A DNA stretch of 64,000 nt from assembly GCF_006345805.1 (NCBI RefSeq), contig NC_042998.1, positions 5,022,001 to 5,086,000 on the forward strand. Direction: 5' to 3'. Under the pieces are notes generated by a model that searched no databases, was not told the DNA's origin, and saw only the letters and a list, made by a program, of their open reading frames with translations. Source of the DNA: Octopus sinensis. Taxonomy: Eukaryota. Position 1 is the stretch's first letter. Each line of letters starts with the position of its first letter. Below are positions 1 through 11,949 of this stretch, one piece after another. The position numbers and the translations under genes were made by a program.

Positions 1-85
1 CAGGCTTTAAAATGGGAAAGGGTTTCCTCACGTAGGAGAAATTACAGCAATAATTTCCGCCTGGACAGTCGGTTTCAGCGATGCC

Positions 86-188
86 TACATACATAATACA
101 TATATACATACATGCATACATACATACATACATACATACATAATACATACATACATATATACAGACAGACAGACAGACAGACAGACAG
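86..188. repeat. (TACA)n/(CAGA)n compound microsatellite
   Basis: Tandem tetranucleotides seen directly. Confidence 0.95.
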
Positions 189-543
189 AGGTTATGTTCC
201 TATGAATTTGAACAAAAACCTTGAAATACGTTGTTTTACAAAGAAAGAGTAAAAGAGGCTGACGCGGATTCTCCAAATTCAATCTATCAGTGGCACAGTG
301 AAGATTTGTAAGACATTCCAAAAATTCTCCATGTGAGATTCTTATGTATCGGTATTTGCATTCGGTTTACGCAGATATATTTCCATCAACTCACCATCTC
401 AACCACATATTTGCAAAAGTTGCGAACTCTCTTATCTCTAAAAGTCTTCTCGCTTTTTTAGCAACTGGCTTGAACTCTCTCAAGAAGAACGTAAATAAAT
501 CTCAAAGAAAAATCGTACATATATGCAAGAACTCATACATAAA

Positions 544-566
544 TCCATCCATCCATCCATCTATAC

Positions 567-597
<31 letters not shown>

Positions 598-672
598 CAT
601 ACATACATACATACATACATACATACATTCATACATACATACATACATACATACAAACATACATACATACAA

Positions 673-705
<33 letters not shown>

Positions 706-735
706 CATACATTCATACATACATACATACATACA

Positions 736-765
<30 letters not shown>
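544..765. repeat. (TCCA)n + (TACA)n microsatellite
   Basis: Tandem repeats seen directly; source of the YIHT/MYVC pseudo-ORFs. Confidence 0.95.
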
Positions 766-766
<1 letters not shown>

Positions 767-949
767 TGATAACATCAACCAAACAAAATTATAATAATAA
801 TTTAGAGACCCTGATCACAGGTACAGAAATATTCTGTGCTACCAAACAATCAGCTGAAGTAATATTTAATTAGAAACTTATCAAACAAAATTATAACAAC
901 CCACAAGAGCGAAATGACAAGATGACAAAGCGATGGTAAGCAACAAAGC

Positions 950-1575
950 CCTTGGTAGCATATATTTATTGACTCTAAAGCAAATCGTACATAAATTCGA
1001 AATCATCCCTCGGCCCCGTGGGGCCACTGGACAACTTCCCAGGGTGCCCTGCCTTAAAACAACACGGGGCACACACGTAAACAAATCGAGATCAAACTTT
1101 AGCAAGAATATATTGAACATAAACATATATTAAAATTATAAAGAATGAACAATTAAAGAGGCCGATAAAGGAAATGAATTAGCGTGATAGACACAGAATA
1201 TTACAAAATATAGTATTATCTATGTTAAAAGACAATGCATACTACGAAAAATCCCAAGCTACAATCAGTAAAACATAATATAAAACCTTAGAATGTTTAT
1301 AAACCTTATATCAAAAAGGATACACTGGTATAGAATAGAGCTATATCAACAGAGGCGTGAAGCTGACATCTACTTTGGCATACCCAACGTTTACAAGAGT
1401 GACAAGGATTAATAGAAGTATGTTATGAAAGTACCGACATATTCATTTAGGTAACCTCACCGGATGATTTGGAATAGATCCATAGTAGTTCAGTGTGTGA
1501 AACTCACCGTCTTATTACCCATTTAGACAACCTGCTCAAGCCATTCACAAAGCATATAAGAAAAAGATGCTAAAT
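950..1575 (+). mobile_element. Degenerate Penelope-like element ORF remnant (region N-terminal to and into RT)
   Basis: Frameshifted translation gives IKEADKGN...DTEYY...VLSMLKDNAYYEK, FGIPNVYKS, CETHRL and LDNLLKPFTKHI, matching PLE motifs (ADKG, YGLPKxHK, LD.LLKP). Confidence 0.75.
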
Positions 1576-2054
1576 CATTTGACGATATTAGAAACAAAAC
1601 ATATCAGTTTTCAAATATTTTATATCCCTGAAGCTGTTTTAATACCTAAGTTTTTGAATTATACAATTATTCATTATAAGTATATAATGATTTATATTAT
1701 TATGCATATGTATATATCTATATATATAAAAGAGAATTTGTATGTGTATGAGGGTATGTTCCTATGCATTCGAAAACTGATTTGCCGATTTTGACAAATG
1801 GAGTATCAAAAGATATATATATATGAAGTTTTTTTCTCTTCATCCTATATTATTAGTAGTAGACTTATTACTGATTGCTATAGGGACTGGTAACCATTAC
1901 AATTTGTAGCGGCGAAAAGTCAACACGTTGTTCTGAGACTGACCAAAGAATTTTTATTTTTAGATATAACTGAGGTACTTAAATGTACTTATGTTTTTTG
2001 CTTCGGCTTTTTCCATAGACGCATGTAAGTATCTTACTTATATTCTCTCGTAAG

Positions 2055-2114
2055 CTCTACCGATGAAGAATGAATCCTTTATGAGATTAATTCCGAAATT
2101 GATTCAATATAGAG
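2055..2114 (+). ncRNA. Minimal type-I hammerhead-like motif (PLE pLTR), core CCGAUGA
   Basis: CTCTA-CCGATGA-A-GAATGAATC(ctttatga)GATTAATTC-C-GAAA-TTGATTCAA-TA-TAGAG; stems I and II pair, stem III is near-palindromic. Confidence 0.7.
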
Positions 2115-3359
2115 ATAACGAAATTTAAATATTCTAACGGTTAGTTGCCCGACTTCAGTTCAAGTGGATTATATGTGGAAAATCAGTATATTGGCTTTGG
2201 AATAATCTTCTCTAGCCCTTGCTTATAAGATGTTTATAATTTTAACCGTAAAGGTATTTTTTAATATGCTGCCACGTTTCTTGAAGGAATTCTTTTCTGT
2301 AGAGAAAAAAACTTCATCTTATATTATTAGTTATATTTATATATATATATAATTACAAATATAAACTCGAAAAACATAAGTGGAATGTGTAAATAAAGTC
2401 TACATACATTTCGTAGTTAAACATTATATTTTATATGACTCGTAACACTTGCAAAAATCGTTAGCTAATCTTCAGATCCAGTCACTTTCGAGTTGTTTAC
2501 ATCACTGCATGGAACTGAACAAATGATTCTGTATTTTGATCAACGTGAAGTTGTAGGTTGAAAAATCTAAGCCAAAATATTAACGAAATTAATTGTAAGC
2601 ATTGAAGCAGAGCTTGAGCTAAATGAATAAAAGGGGGAGGCTGACTACATCATGTCATTTAACCGAGTGAGAAGTAACACAAGTATAGGAAGGACAGGAG
2701 GCGAACAGAACAAAAGGGAACATGGAACTAAAGCGTCTCAAATGCGAGACAATAAAACCATAACTTTGGCGTCGAGAACATAATGAGAGATATGCATAAC
2801 AGAACAAGTCCTAAAAGCCGTGTGATAAGACGTGACAGCTAAGATAAGTAATTTACGATAGCATAGAAAATAAAAGCAGTGGTTACTACAGCGCGTAAAA
2901 ATAAATACGTGAAGATGTATATAAATGTAATAAATGATAAACAAACACTGAAATGTTCAGATTCAAATTAAATGCAAAGTTCTGTAAAGAAAGATGTTCC
3001 GTGAAAATATATATGAAAAATAAAAATAGGCGCGACAAATATTAAAAAATCACATACCAAATTCAAAATGTTATAAGTATAAACGCATAAATAAACGTTA
3101 TCTCTATTCATAAACTATGGAAAATAGAGACGTGTTAATATATAGGGTATAAAGTGTATCGTGGCTGTCAACTTATTGGAATTTCTATTGATTCCGATTT
3201 GTGACGAAATACATTTAGTTACTAAGTTTACTTTATCGTATACTATCCGCATTTTGTCAGCTATAGAATTTATGTACATTGTTAATGCTTACTGACTTCC
3301 TTTGCCAGGAACTTTTCGGATCAACCTATATATATATATGTTTCCCCATGTCGTTTATG

Positions 3360-3516
3360 TTTTCATTCTCTCTCTATTTATTTTCTCTTTTTCCTTTTTG
3401 TTGAAGAGCGTAGGCTCAAAACGTAAAGGATTTTTTCATTTTTCCCGAGCGTCAAACTAATACACTTGCTTATTGCTCAAACACTTGTCTTTGTCTTTTG
3501 TTCTTCTAGGAATTTC

Positions 3517-3520
<4 letters not shown>
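3360..3520 (+). mobile_element. ~170-bp TA-flanked repeat (family E) with hammerhead-like motif at 3394-3429
   Basis: Homologous to 26306-26445, 27112-27265 and 37775-37930; CTTT-TTGTTGA-A-GAGC(gtag)GCTC-AAAA-CG-TA-AAGG. Confidence 0.7.
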
Positions 3521-3551
<31 letters not shown>

Positions 3552-3552
<1 letters not shown>

Positions 3553-4105
3553 GTAACAGAAAAGAAGAATTTCAGTTGTCCCCACGTCGTGGTGCACATA
3601 GAAAAATGTGCAGGTAACATCAAACCAAATTTCACAGTCTTCCTTTTCTACCAGTGCAAAGACACAATCTCTCAACTAGAACGTTTAAATAAAGAAACTT
3701 TTTTCATTGAAAAATACAAAACGCGTCTTAATAAGCACGCATAACCAACTTTTATATTTTTACATATTACATCACTGTACATAAATACACTACTAAACAA
3801 GGTCCTTTTTGTAAATCTGTCTCCTTTCTGTACACATATTTATTCCCCACCCAAAACCTAAACACTTATCTCCCTTACACACAACAATAACAATAATAAC
3901 AACCAATTATCTCCCTTTACTTGTCAAGTTGTAAAGTTATTCACTCGTGAATTTCATTACAAACAACATGGACCAAATTTCTTCTTAAGAAAAAATATAT
4001 ATTCATAAACATTATATCATGAATAGCGATTGCGAAACCGGTCGATATATTAAAAATTATATTAAAACCATGTAAATGTGCGTATTTTCCTTTTTTAATT
4101 TCTTA
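3552..4105 (+). mobile_element. PLE 3' end: GIY-YIG C-terminus, 3'UTR and decayed hammerhead (4013-4049)
   Basis: HIEKCAGNIKPNFTVFLFYQ...ERLNKETFFIEKYKTRLN resembles the PLE endonuclease end (R..KE.FFI....P.LN); TATATC-atgaata-GCGATTGC-GAAA-CCGG-TC-GATATA. Confidence 0.75.
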
Positions 4106-4106
4106 T

Positions 4107-4141
<35 letters not shown>

Positions 4142-4219
4142 ACCTTATATATATATATAACCTTATATATATACATATATATATATATGTATATATATAT
4201 ATGTATATATATATAAGTT

Positions 4220-4251
<32 letters not shown>

Positions 4252-4254
4252 AGT

Positions 4255-4285
<31 letters not shown>

Positions 4286-4348
4286 ATATATATATAAGTT
4301 TATATATATGTATATATATATATAAGTTTATATATATATATATATATA

Positions 4349-4395
<47 letters not shown>

Positions 4396-4400
4396 TATAT
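4105..4400. repeat. Long imperfect (TA)n tract
   Basis: Seen directly. Confidence 0.95.
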
Positions 4401-4412
4401 GAATTTTGTTGC

Positions 4413-4460
4413 AATACTCCTGATGTGATATCGTGTGGTGAAACAGATATTGTTGTATTT
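4413..4460 (+). ncRNA. Decayed hammerhead-like motif
   Basis: AATACtc-CTGATGT-gatatcgtgtggt-GAAA-CAgatatTG-TT-GTATT. Confidence 0.5.
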
Positions 4461-5002
4461 CGGGACGGTCACTTTTTTGCCGAATAAACACATACACTAT
4501 ATATTCGTTCTTCACTCCTTTATTACTGTTCTTATTCTAACTCATGCCCATTGGAAATCTTTCGTCACACATCTGTGACCTCTTCAGTGACACTTTCAGT
4601 CTCCGAGTTTGCTCCTGCTCCACTGATTTCATTCTGTCCTTCTATGATGTGTATCCTTATATTCGCATGCGTTTGCGTCCGCGTTTGTGTGTGTGTACAT
4701 GTTTGCGTGTGCGTGTGTGTGTGTGTATGCGTGTGTGTCATTCTTTTTAGTAGCAATTTGACTTCCCCTCCCCCGTTGTTACCGCTGCTCTTCGTGGACA
4801 CGAAATTTAGTAAGTTCCTGTATCTTTGTGTTTGTGTATGTGTTCGCCGTCGTGGAGTTGTTATTGCCATAGATGTCACCACTGTTGCTGCTGTCGTTGT
4901 TAGTCTTGTTGTTGATACTGTTGCAACCGTCTGTGAAGTTACTGTGTGTTCGTGTGTGTATGTGGGTTCGCTTCCTATGTTGCTTGTATTTTTCTTTTTT
5001 CT

Positions 5003-5233
5003 TTTTTTTCCTTTATTTGTTTCAGTCATTTGACTGCGGCCATGCTGGAACACCGCCTTTAGTCGAGCAAATCGACTCCAGGACTTATTCTTTGTAAGCC
5101 TAGTACTTATTCTATCGGTTCTCTTGCTGATCCGCTAAGTGACGGGGATGTAAACACACCAGCATCGGTTGCCAAGCGATGTTAGGAGGACAAACACAGA
5201 TACACAAACACACACACAGACACACACACACGC

Positions 5234-5274
<41 letters not shown>

Positions 5275-5440
5275 AATATATACGACATGCTTCTTTCAGT
5301 TTCCGTCTACCAAATCCACTCACAAGGCTTTGGTCGGCCCGAGGCTATAGTAGAAGACACTTGCCCAAGGTGCCACGCAGTAGGAGTGAACCCGGAAATA
5401 TATGGTTCGTAAGCAAGCTGCTTACCACACAGCCACTCCT
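5003..5440 (-). mobile_element. tRNA-derived SINE family A
   Basis: Head GGAGTGGCTGTGTGGTAAG...GGTTCA, CCTTGGGCAAGT block, internal (TA)(TG) tract, purine tail; about 9 copies or fragments in the window. Confidence 0.92.
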
Positions 5441-5713
5441 CCGTACCCTTTATATAGATTTTTTTTATCTATCTCAATTTCTTATATTTATCACCTCTCT
5501 TAACCTATATACATATGTATGTGTATTTATATATTTGCGTGTGTGTGAACATATATATCCTTTAATTTTGTTTTCGATAAACGTTTTTGAGTTCGCATAT
5601 ACAAGCTCCTATTTTATTATGTCGGGTACATACAGTGATTCCAATATGCCACAGCAGTTTTACGACATTGTACAGAGCTGTCCTGGGATGACGTAGCAAC
5701 AATATAATTATAA

Positions 5714-5939
5714 CCAGTGAGACCCGTAAATATTCCATGGAATTAATGGTAAAGTTACTGAGTTACTTCTGAAGAATTTATTCAAAAATCCTGAAAACGT
5801 AGTCTGTTTTGCGTCTGTATCAAAAGAGTCTCCGTGAATAATGCGAAAGCGCTAATAAAGAATTGTCCAAAATTCTGACCACCCGTTTTCCATAACATAT
5901 AAACCTGTACATCACTTCAAACAATTTATACACACGCAT

Positions 5940-5977
<38 letters not shown>

Positions 5978-6008
5978 CACTCTGTTTATTGTGCCTATTT
6001 AGCAGACG
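5714..6008 (-). mobile_element. Possible decayed non-autonomous Helitron
   Basis: ccagtgagacccgtaaatattccatgg resembles the terminus at 17891. Confidence 0.3.
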
Positions 6009-6589
6009 TTAATATGACTTAAACATATAAAATAAGTATTATGAATTCTTAATGAACAGACAACTAATGACAGTAATGAAGCGTAATAGGAAATGTAATT
6101 CATATCTTAATTTTGTTAAATTACTAACGCTGTTACATTCTTAATGCAGATTTATGATGTGATAACAGTGATACAGTTATAATTAAAATTAATCAAAATT
6201 AACGCAAGCAATATACAGAATAATCTCATGACAACACACTTGTTATTATTTTCAATGTTATTACGTTAATATTTTCAATAGATAAAAGGATTATTTTGCA
6301 ACGTATAATAACTTAATCTTTAAGAGTATTGATATCCGAATTGAAACGCAAAAATCATTTCCCTTTTTCATTTCTTTTTTTTTTTTTTTGCTTTATAATA
6401 AGTTACGCTAAGTCCTTAACACTTCAAGTGTTTCGCGACATATACTTTCGGATATACTTGTTTCAGCCAAGCTAAATGTAAGATGTACATATTACTCCTT
6501 CTAAGATTGGATTTTAGAGGATGTAATCTACCAGAAAGGCTGAGTTCTTAAGCTTAGTGTTAGAGAATGAGTGACAGTGCATATATATT

Positions 6590-6950
6590 TTTACCTCCGC
6601 CTTAGTGAAGGCGGAGGTATAGTTTTCAGTCGTGTTTGTTCGTTTGTTCGCTTGTTTGTCCGCGGACAAAACATCTCAAGAATCGCTGGATGGATTCGGA
6701 TAACACTCTCAGGGATGTTTGGCCTCGTTAGAGGCAGGAGCCGATTAGATTTTGGGATCAATTTTGGATTATTTTTCTTGTTTTTAAACTTAATTTTGGG
6801 GAGCGGTTGGGTTCATTTTTAGTATTCTCGTTTGTGAGAGCAGTAGAGTTTATTTCAGATATTCTCATTTTAAAAGTCATCGCTGTCTAATCATTGAGAG
6901 GTCGTTGGTGTTGCCTTGGCGGAGGTTTGCGTTCTGGGAGATTTCTTGTT
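6590..6950 (+). mobile_element. Helentron-associated non-autonomous element (HINE/DINE-1-like)
   Basis: 5' ACCTCCGCC-ttagtgaa-GGCGGAGGT palindrome, (GTTT)-like microsatellite, 3' subterminal GGCGGAGGT plus degenerate hairpin, T-run flanks. Confidence 0.75.
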
Positions 6951-7044
6951 TTAAATATAATGTGTGGCGTATGAATAAATGCATAAGCCCACACACATAT
7001 ATTATGCATATTGATAATAATAGTATTTGTGATAATAAAAATAA

Positions 7045-7226
7045 TAATGGTTTCAAATTTTGGCAGAAGGCTAGAAAGATCGGTTTGTCGATAATATCGA
7101 CTCCAGTGCCCAGCTGGTGATTATTTTATCGAGTTGGAAGGATAAAAGGCAAAGTCGACCTCCGCGGAATCTGAACTCAGAAATGCCGCAAAACATTTTG
7201 CCTTGATTCTGTCAGTTCGTCACCTT
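7045..7226 (-). mobile_element. tRNA-derived SINE family B (old, tail type ii)
   Basis: AAAGGCAAAGTCGACCTC central block shared with the other B copies. Confidence 0.8.
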
Positions 7227-7487
7227 AATATAAATAATAATATTGTTAACAGTTTTGTTGCTACGAGGTTTGTATCGAAAGCAATACAAGCTTTTGCATA
7301 ACATTTTTATTAACAGGCGTAACTCGTTCAAATTCCTCATGTTGTTTAAAGCAATTGCTCTATACAAGGTAGTGCTTGACAGTGTTTAGCACAAGGAATG
7401 CATCAGTGCCATGGTTGAATTTGATTCTCTAATTCTCTTTGAAAATGTTTAGAAATCTACTTATTCACAGCTATGCTATGATAAAGA

Positions 7488-7870
7488 GTGGAGGCGCAAT
7501 GGACCAGTGGTTAGGGCAGCGGACACGCGGTCATAGGATTGCGGTTTCGATTCCCAGACCGGGCGCTGTGAGTGTTTATTGAGCGAAAACACCTAAAAGC
7601 TCCACGAGGCTCCGGCAGGGGGTGGTGGTGAACCCTGCTGTACTCTTTCACCACAACTTTCTCTCACTCTTACTTCCTGTTTCTGTTGTACCTGCATTTC
7701 AAAGGGCCGGCCTTGTCACTCTCTGTGTCACGCTGAATATCCCCGAGAACTACGTTAAGGGTACACGTGTCTGTGGAGTGCTCAGCCACTTAACCGTTAA
7801 TTTCACGAGCAGGCTGTTCCGTTGATTCGGATCAACCGGAACCCTCGTCGTCGTAACCGACGGAATGCTT
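7488..7870 (+). mobile_element. tRNA-derived SINE family C
   Basis: A box (TGGACCAGTGG) and B box (GTTTCGATTCCC); near-identical copy at 62999; flanked by ATGATAAA on both sides. Confidence 0.92.
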
Positions 7871-7939
7871 TAAAAAAATGATAAAAAAAGTCTGTGTATC
7901 ATCACATTACTGACCCCAATATTCTTTTATTAGATGAGA

Positions 7940-8700
7940 CATGTAAATATATGAGGGCACCGGATCTGGACGTATCGTGGATGGGGCCTAATTGCTTCAT
8001 TTTGTTCCAAGTTTGTGTCGCATGGTGAACGCTGATCCTTTTTCAACTTCTTCCTCCTAACTCCCCCTCTCGCCTTATTGAATATCCCACGGTATCGCTT
8101 GCTGTTCTCATGCGGACCATGTTTCAGAAAATCAAGGAGAATAACAAATTTGTCATTCTACATAACGGTCATCATGGCATTTTGTGCCAATTGCAGGTGC
8201 CCAACATTCGTAGGCTTTGAAGATGATGTGTGACACCATTTCATGAACTGCGCCTTTCTTTCCGGTTCATAGTATTACCACCACATTTCATGCCTTGTGA
8301 CCAAATTCCATTTACTTTCATCAACGTATTCCAGCAGATCAGAATATATTTCCACCATTATTTAATTCCAGTTGGAAGCCGACCTCCTACTGAGCATATA
8401 TTTTTCAATACTCAAAGCCTCCAAACATCTCTTGTAATGCACTTTGACTATAACCCACTTCGTCAAAATATATCAGTTTGTAACTGCACTGTCCATTTAC
8501 ATCAATTTGTGTCAGTCGATAATCCCGTACTGAATGATTTGTCTGCCTTCAGTGACGGTTTTTCTTTCTTTAAACATCTTCAACTATCTTTGCAAATGAT
8601 ATTGTCAATGATATCTCTCCATGGGTAATTTGTAGATTCTTTCTGTCAATAATTCACTGGCGGCACGCTACTTCTGCTCAGAGCTTATAAGTTAATAGTA
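7940..8700 (-). mobile_element. Heavily decayed mariner transposase remnant
   Basis: Minus-strand fragments YYEPERKAQFMKWCHTSSSKP, VILLDFLKHG and a PHP..PD-like motif resemble the mariner catalytic region. Confidence 0.65.
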
Positions 8701-8874
8701 GTGAAGAATTAATGCAAGAATAGTTTCCATAAATGAAGTACTCCTCCAAAATACGCAAATTTAAAAATATATTTCAACTAAAAAAATTCGATAACTATTG
8801 CATTATTTTCGGTACGGACCCTCCTATGTGTGTGTGTGTATAGACACTGCCATATCTATTTGTTTGTCTATCCG

Positions 8875-8947
<73 letters not shown>

Positions 8948-8951
<4 letters not shown>

Positions 8952-9197
8952 CTCTTCCCCTTTTTTCCTCCTTTTTCTTCTTTTTTCATTTTTTTTTCTT
9001 TTGTTCCTTTTCCCTTTTTCTTTTTTTCTTTTCCTTTTTTTTGTTCTCTTTTCCCTTTTACGATCCCTTTTGATCGAAAACCTACGCCACCTTTTTTTTG
9101 TTTCTTTTGTTTTTTGTTTTTTTCATCACCCAAAAGAAAAGCTCTATCTTGTAACTTGTCCCATCTGTGTGCAGACCTGTGTGGCCAATAAAGAAAC
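8948..9197 (+). mobile_element. 5'-truncated L1/Tx1-type 3'UTR inside a (TATC)n array
   Basis: Pyrimidine-rich, ends TTGTCCCATCTGTGTGCAGACCTGTGTGGCCAATAAAGAAAC; homologous to 14808-15081. Confidence 0.7.
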
Positions 9198-9924
9198 TGA
9201 TCTATCTATATAGCTATCTATATAGCTATGTCATGTAGCTATTTATATGTCGATCTATATGAACGAAGATTTATCTTCTGTACTGTGCATTTGGAACACG
9301 ATTACTAAAAATGATTACATAAATTTTTGTGAGACAATAATGATTTAATAATATGGTTATATATTAGTAATTTAATAGTATAGCGTTTGTTGTTCTCACG
9401 TTTTAAACAATGTAACTGTTTACGACATTTATACTATAATAAAGAAAGCTGCTTATTAATTTGTTTGGCGTGCTTAATTTTTATTAAAAGAAACCATTCA
9501 TCAAAGTCTACATTGTCTAGAAAACTATTATACATTCACCGTTTAACATTAACAAAATTTAGATTTGAGAGATTCATCGTTACCAATCACTGCCGGAGGT
9601 AAAAAGTTGAAAGCACTCAATAAATAGGAATTCTCTAAATTCCGAATACTTTTTCTGTTATTAATATATATAATCTGAGATCCACACACAGACACACACC
9701 CATACACACACAAGTATACACACACACACAACACACACACACACACACACACACATACACACACACACACATATATATATATGTATATACATTTATATGT
9801 TGAGAAAAAGGAGGCAGCATTTAGAATCCTGGATAATTCTAAATTAGCGTTTTCGTTCGTTTATCCAACATATGAAGACAAAATTGAAATGGTAAAAACG
9901 GAACCTTTCCTTGTTCATTTATAC

Positions 9925-10261
9925 CAGAGATTCTGAAACATTTTGGGCCACCGTCCCCCTCATGGCCACATTATATACTCAGTGCCCCCTCCCTATTTTA
10001 ATGTATAAGTATTTAATATTTTACTAATTCATATATACTGTGAACCACTTGGTGTTTAATATAATACTATATAATTTGTATATAGTATATATAATAATAT
10101 CCTAATAAATTCATATCGTCCCCCAATTCACTGCCTTCTTCCCAGCGTCTCCTTTTTCTCTACCGCCCCTGCTCACACTACCTCCCTAGGCACCTGCGCC
10201 CGCCACCTAGATCGTCTCAACGCCTACTGGAGGGCAGTAGCGCTCACTTTGAGAACCTATG
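9925..10261. mobile_element. hAT (Charlie-like) MITE
   Basis: Termini CAGAGATTCTGAAA / TTTGAGAACCTATG resemble CAGTGGTTCTCAAA-type TIRs; 8-bp flanks ATTTATAC / TTTTATAT. Confidence 0.6.
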
Positions 10262-10416
10262 TTTTATATGAATCGGATGTATTTTTTTAGTTTGTTTAGG
10301 AGGAAAATATTTTGTGGAGAGGGGTGGAAAGAGAGAAAGAAAACAAAGTGGGGAGAAAAATTGAGAGGTTTCGGGACAATCAAAAAGAGGAAAAAGTTAA
10401 TAAACGATGCGGAAAG

Positions 10417-10620
<204 letters not shown>

Positions 10621-10659
10621 ATTGCAATAAAATTCATATGTATGTATATATATATGGAA

Positions 10660-10848
10660 AAACAATTCAAGATAGAAAATGCTAAACTAATTTTATAAAG
10701 AACATTTCAGTACCGGTTTCAGTAATTTTGAGACCTTTTCAACTGTAACGATTAAATAATTAAATTTAGAAAAATTAAAAGAAAAGTTTTTTTAAAAGAA
10801 TATTGGTATAGTGTTCAAATATAAGTGGCATTTTCCTTGTTTCTGCCT
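10660..10848 (-). mobile_element. PLE pLTR fragment with hammerhead-like motif (10703-10750)
   Basis: Reverse complement: CGTTACAG-TTGAAAA-GGT(ctcaaaatt)ACT-GAAA-CCGG-TA-CTGAAATG; downstream sequence homologous to 13009-13065. Confidence 0.7.
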
Positions 10849-10859
10849 ATATATATATA

Positions 10860-10924
10860 TAGTTGAAATTTATAGAAGAACAAAAGACAAAGACAAGTGT
10901 ATGAGCAATAAGCAAGTGTATTAG
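10860..10924 (-). mobile_element. Family E fragment truncated by (GATA)n
   Basis: Reverse complement of about 3456-3520. Confidence 0.75.
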
Positions 10925-10931
10925 ATAGATG

Positions 10932-11004
<73 letters not shown>

Positions 11005-11769
11005 GTAGGTAGATGGATGGAGAGAGAGAGAGAGAGAGAGGGGGGTTACTTTTCAATTTGATGTGGTCATTCCATTGAAATTTCCTTGCAAACCATTTTT
11101 CTCTTTTCTTCCTTCTTCTTTTTTTCTCTTCTTTCCTTTCGCATTGTATACTTATCGACATATTTGTAAATAAACACATTTTCTCTCGAGGGCTGGTGAC
11201 ATTTCACGATGTCAATTTTAGGGAGTAGAATGGGAAAGATGAGGAAAGGCGGCAGGCTGCGGTCATCACTGAAATATGACAAAGAGATGAAAGTCCTATG
11301 AAAATGTATATTCCTTTACACTTGTATAGTCAAATCTCATCTTCTGTGTATTTCCATATTTTGCACGAACAAACATTAAATATCAGTACAACATTCAGAA
11401 AATAAGAAAAATAAAGTCAGAATATAACTTGAATTCGGTATTGTTTATAATTCAAACTATTCTGTATGTTCATTTAATCAAGCATCATGAGTCTTGTAAT
11501 ATTTAGCAGGAAGCCGCTCTGTATGATATAAATTATATAACAAAGTAGGGCCAACTTAAATATGGTTTTGAGTATCTTTCATCCTTTTGTAGGATTTATT
11601 TTTATTTTTATTGCTTGCTTGGATAAGATAATTCAAAAGAGATCTTTGTAACGAATTACTTTGCCAAGTAGCTACATAAGATATATTACCTAATCAGTGG
11701 TAAAAATGGTTCCAGTATTCATTTTCGGGCATATATAAGTCCTGTAAGAACGACACTTGTCAAAACCCC

Positions 11770-11843
<74 letters not shown>

Positions 11844-11949
11844 CATACATATATATATGTATATTTATATATATCTGATGATTTATAGACATGCGTATAT
11901 ATACACGCATGTATGTATACTGGGCTTAAGTTTTCAAGAAAACTGCTTG

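Noticed and set aside
85-873. ORFs with YIHT/MYVC repeats, and similar SIYL/YIYI/CVCV ORFs throughout
   Set aside because: Translations of microsatellites lacking stop codons
1930-1976. CTGACCA-A...hairpin as a possible tandem partner of the 2055 hammerhead
   Set aside because: GAAA is absent and stem I is poor; too many changes needed
2475-2515. Other partial hammerhead-like strings (also near 60-80, 11705-11765, 14075-14095, 42610-42655 and 59055-59100)
   Set aside because: Only one half of the core or no stem I; expected by chance in AT-rich DNA
4551-5053. 160-aa Thr/Val-rich ORFs on both strands
   Set aside because: Low-complexity (TG)/(GTT) sequence running into a SINE tail; no domain
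7488-7565. tRNA-like sequences (also at 62999, 43720 and the family A/B heads)
   Set aside because: They continue into shared SINE bodies with TSDs and have no convincing cloverleaf
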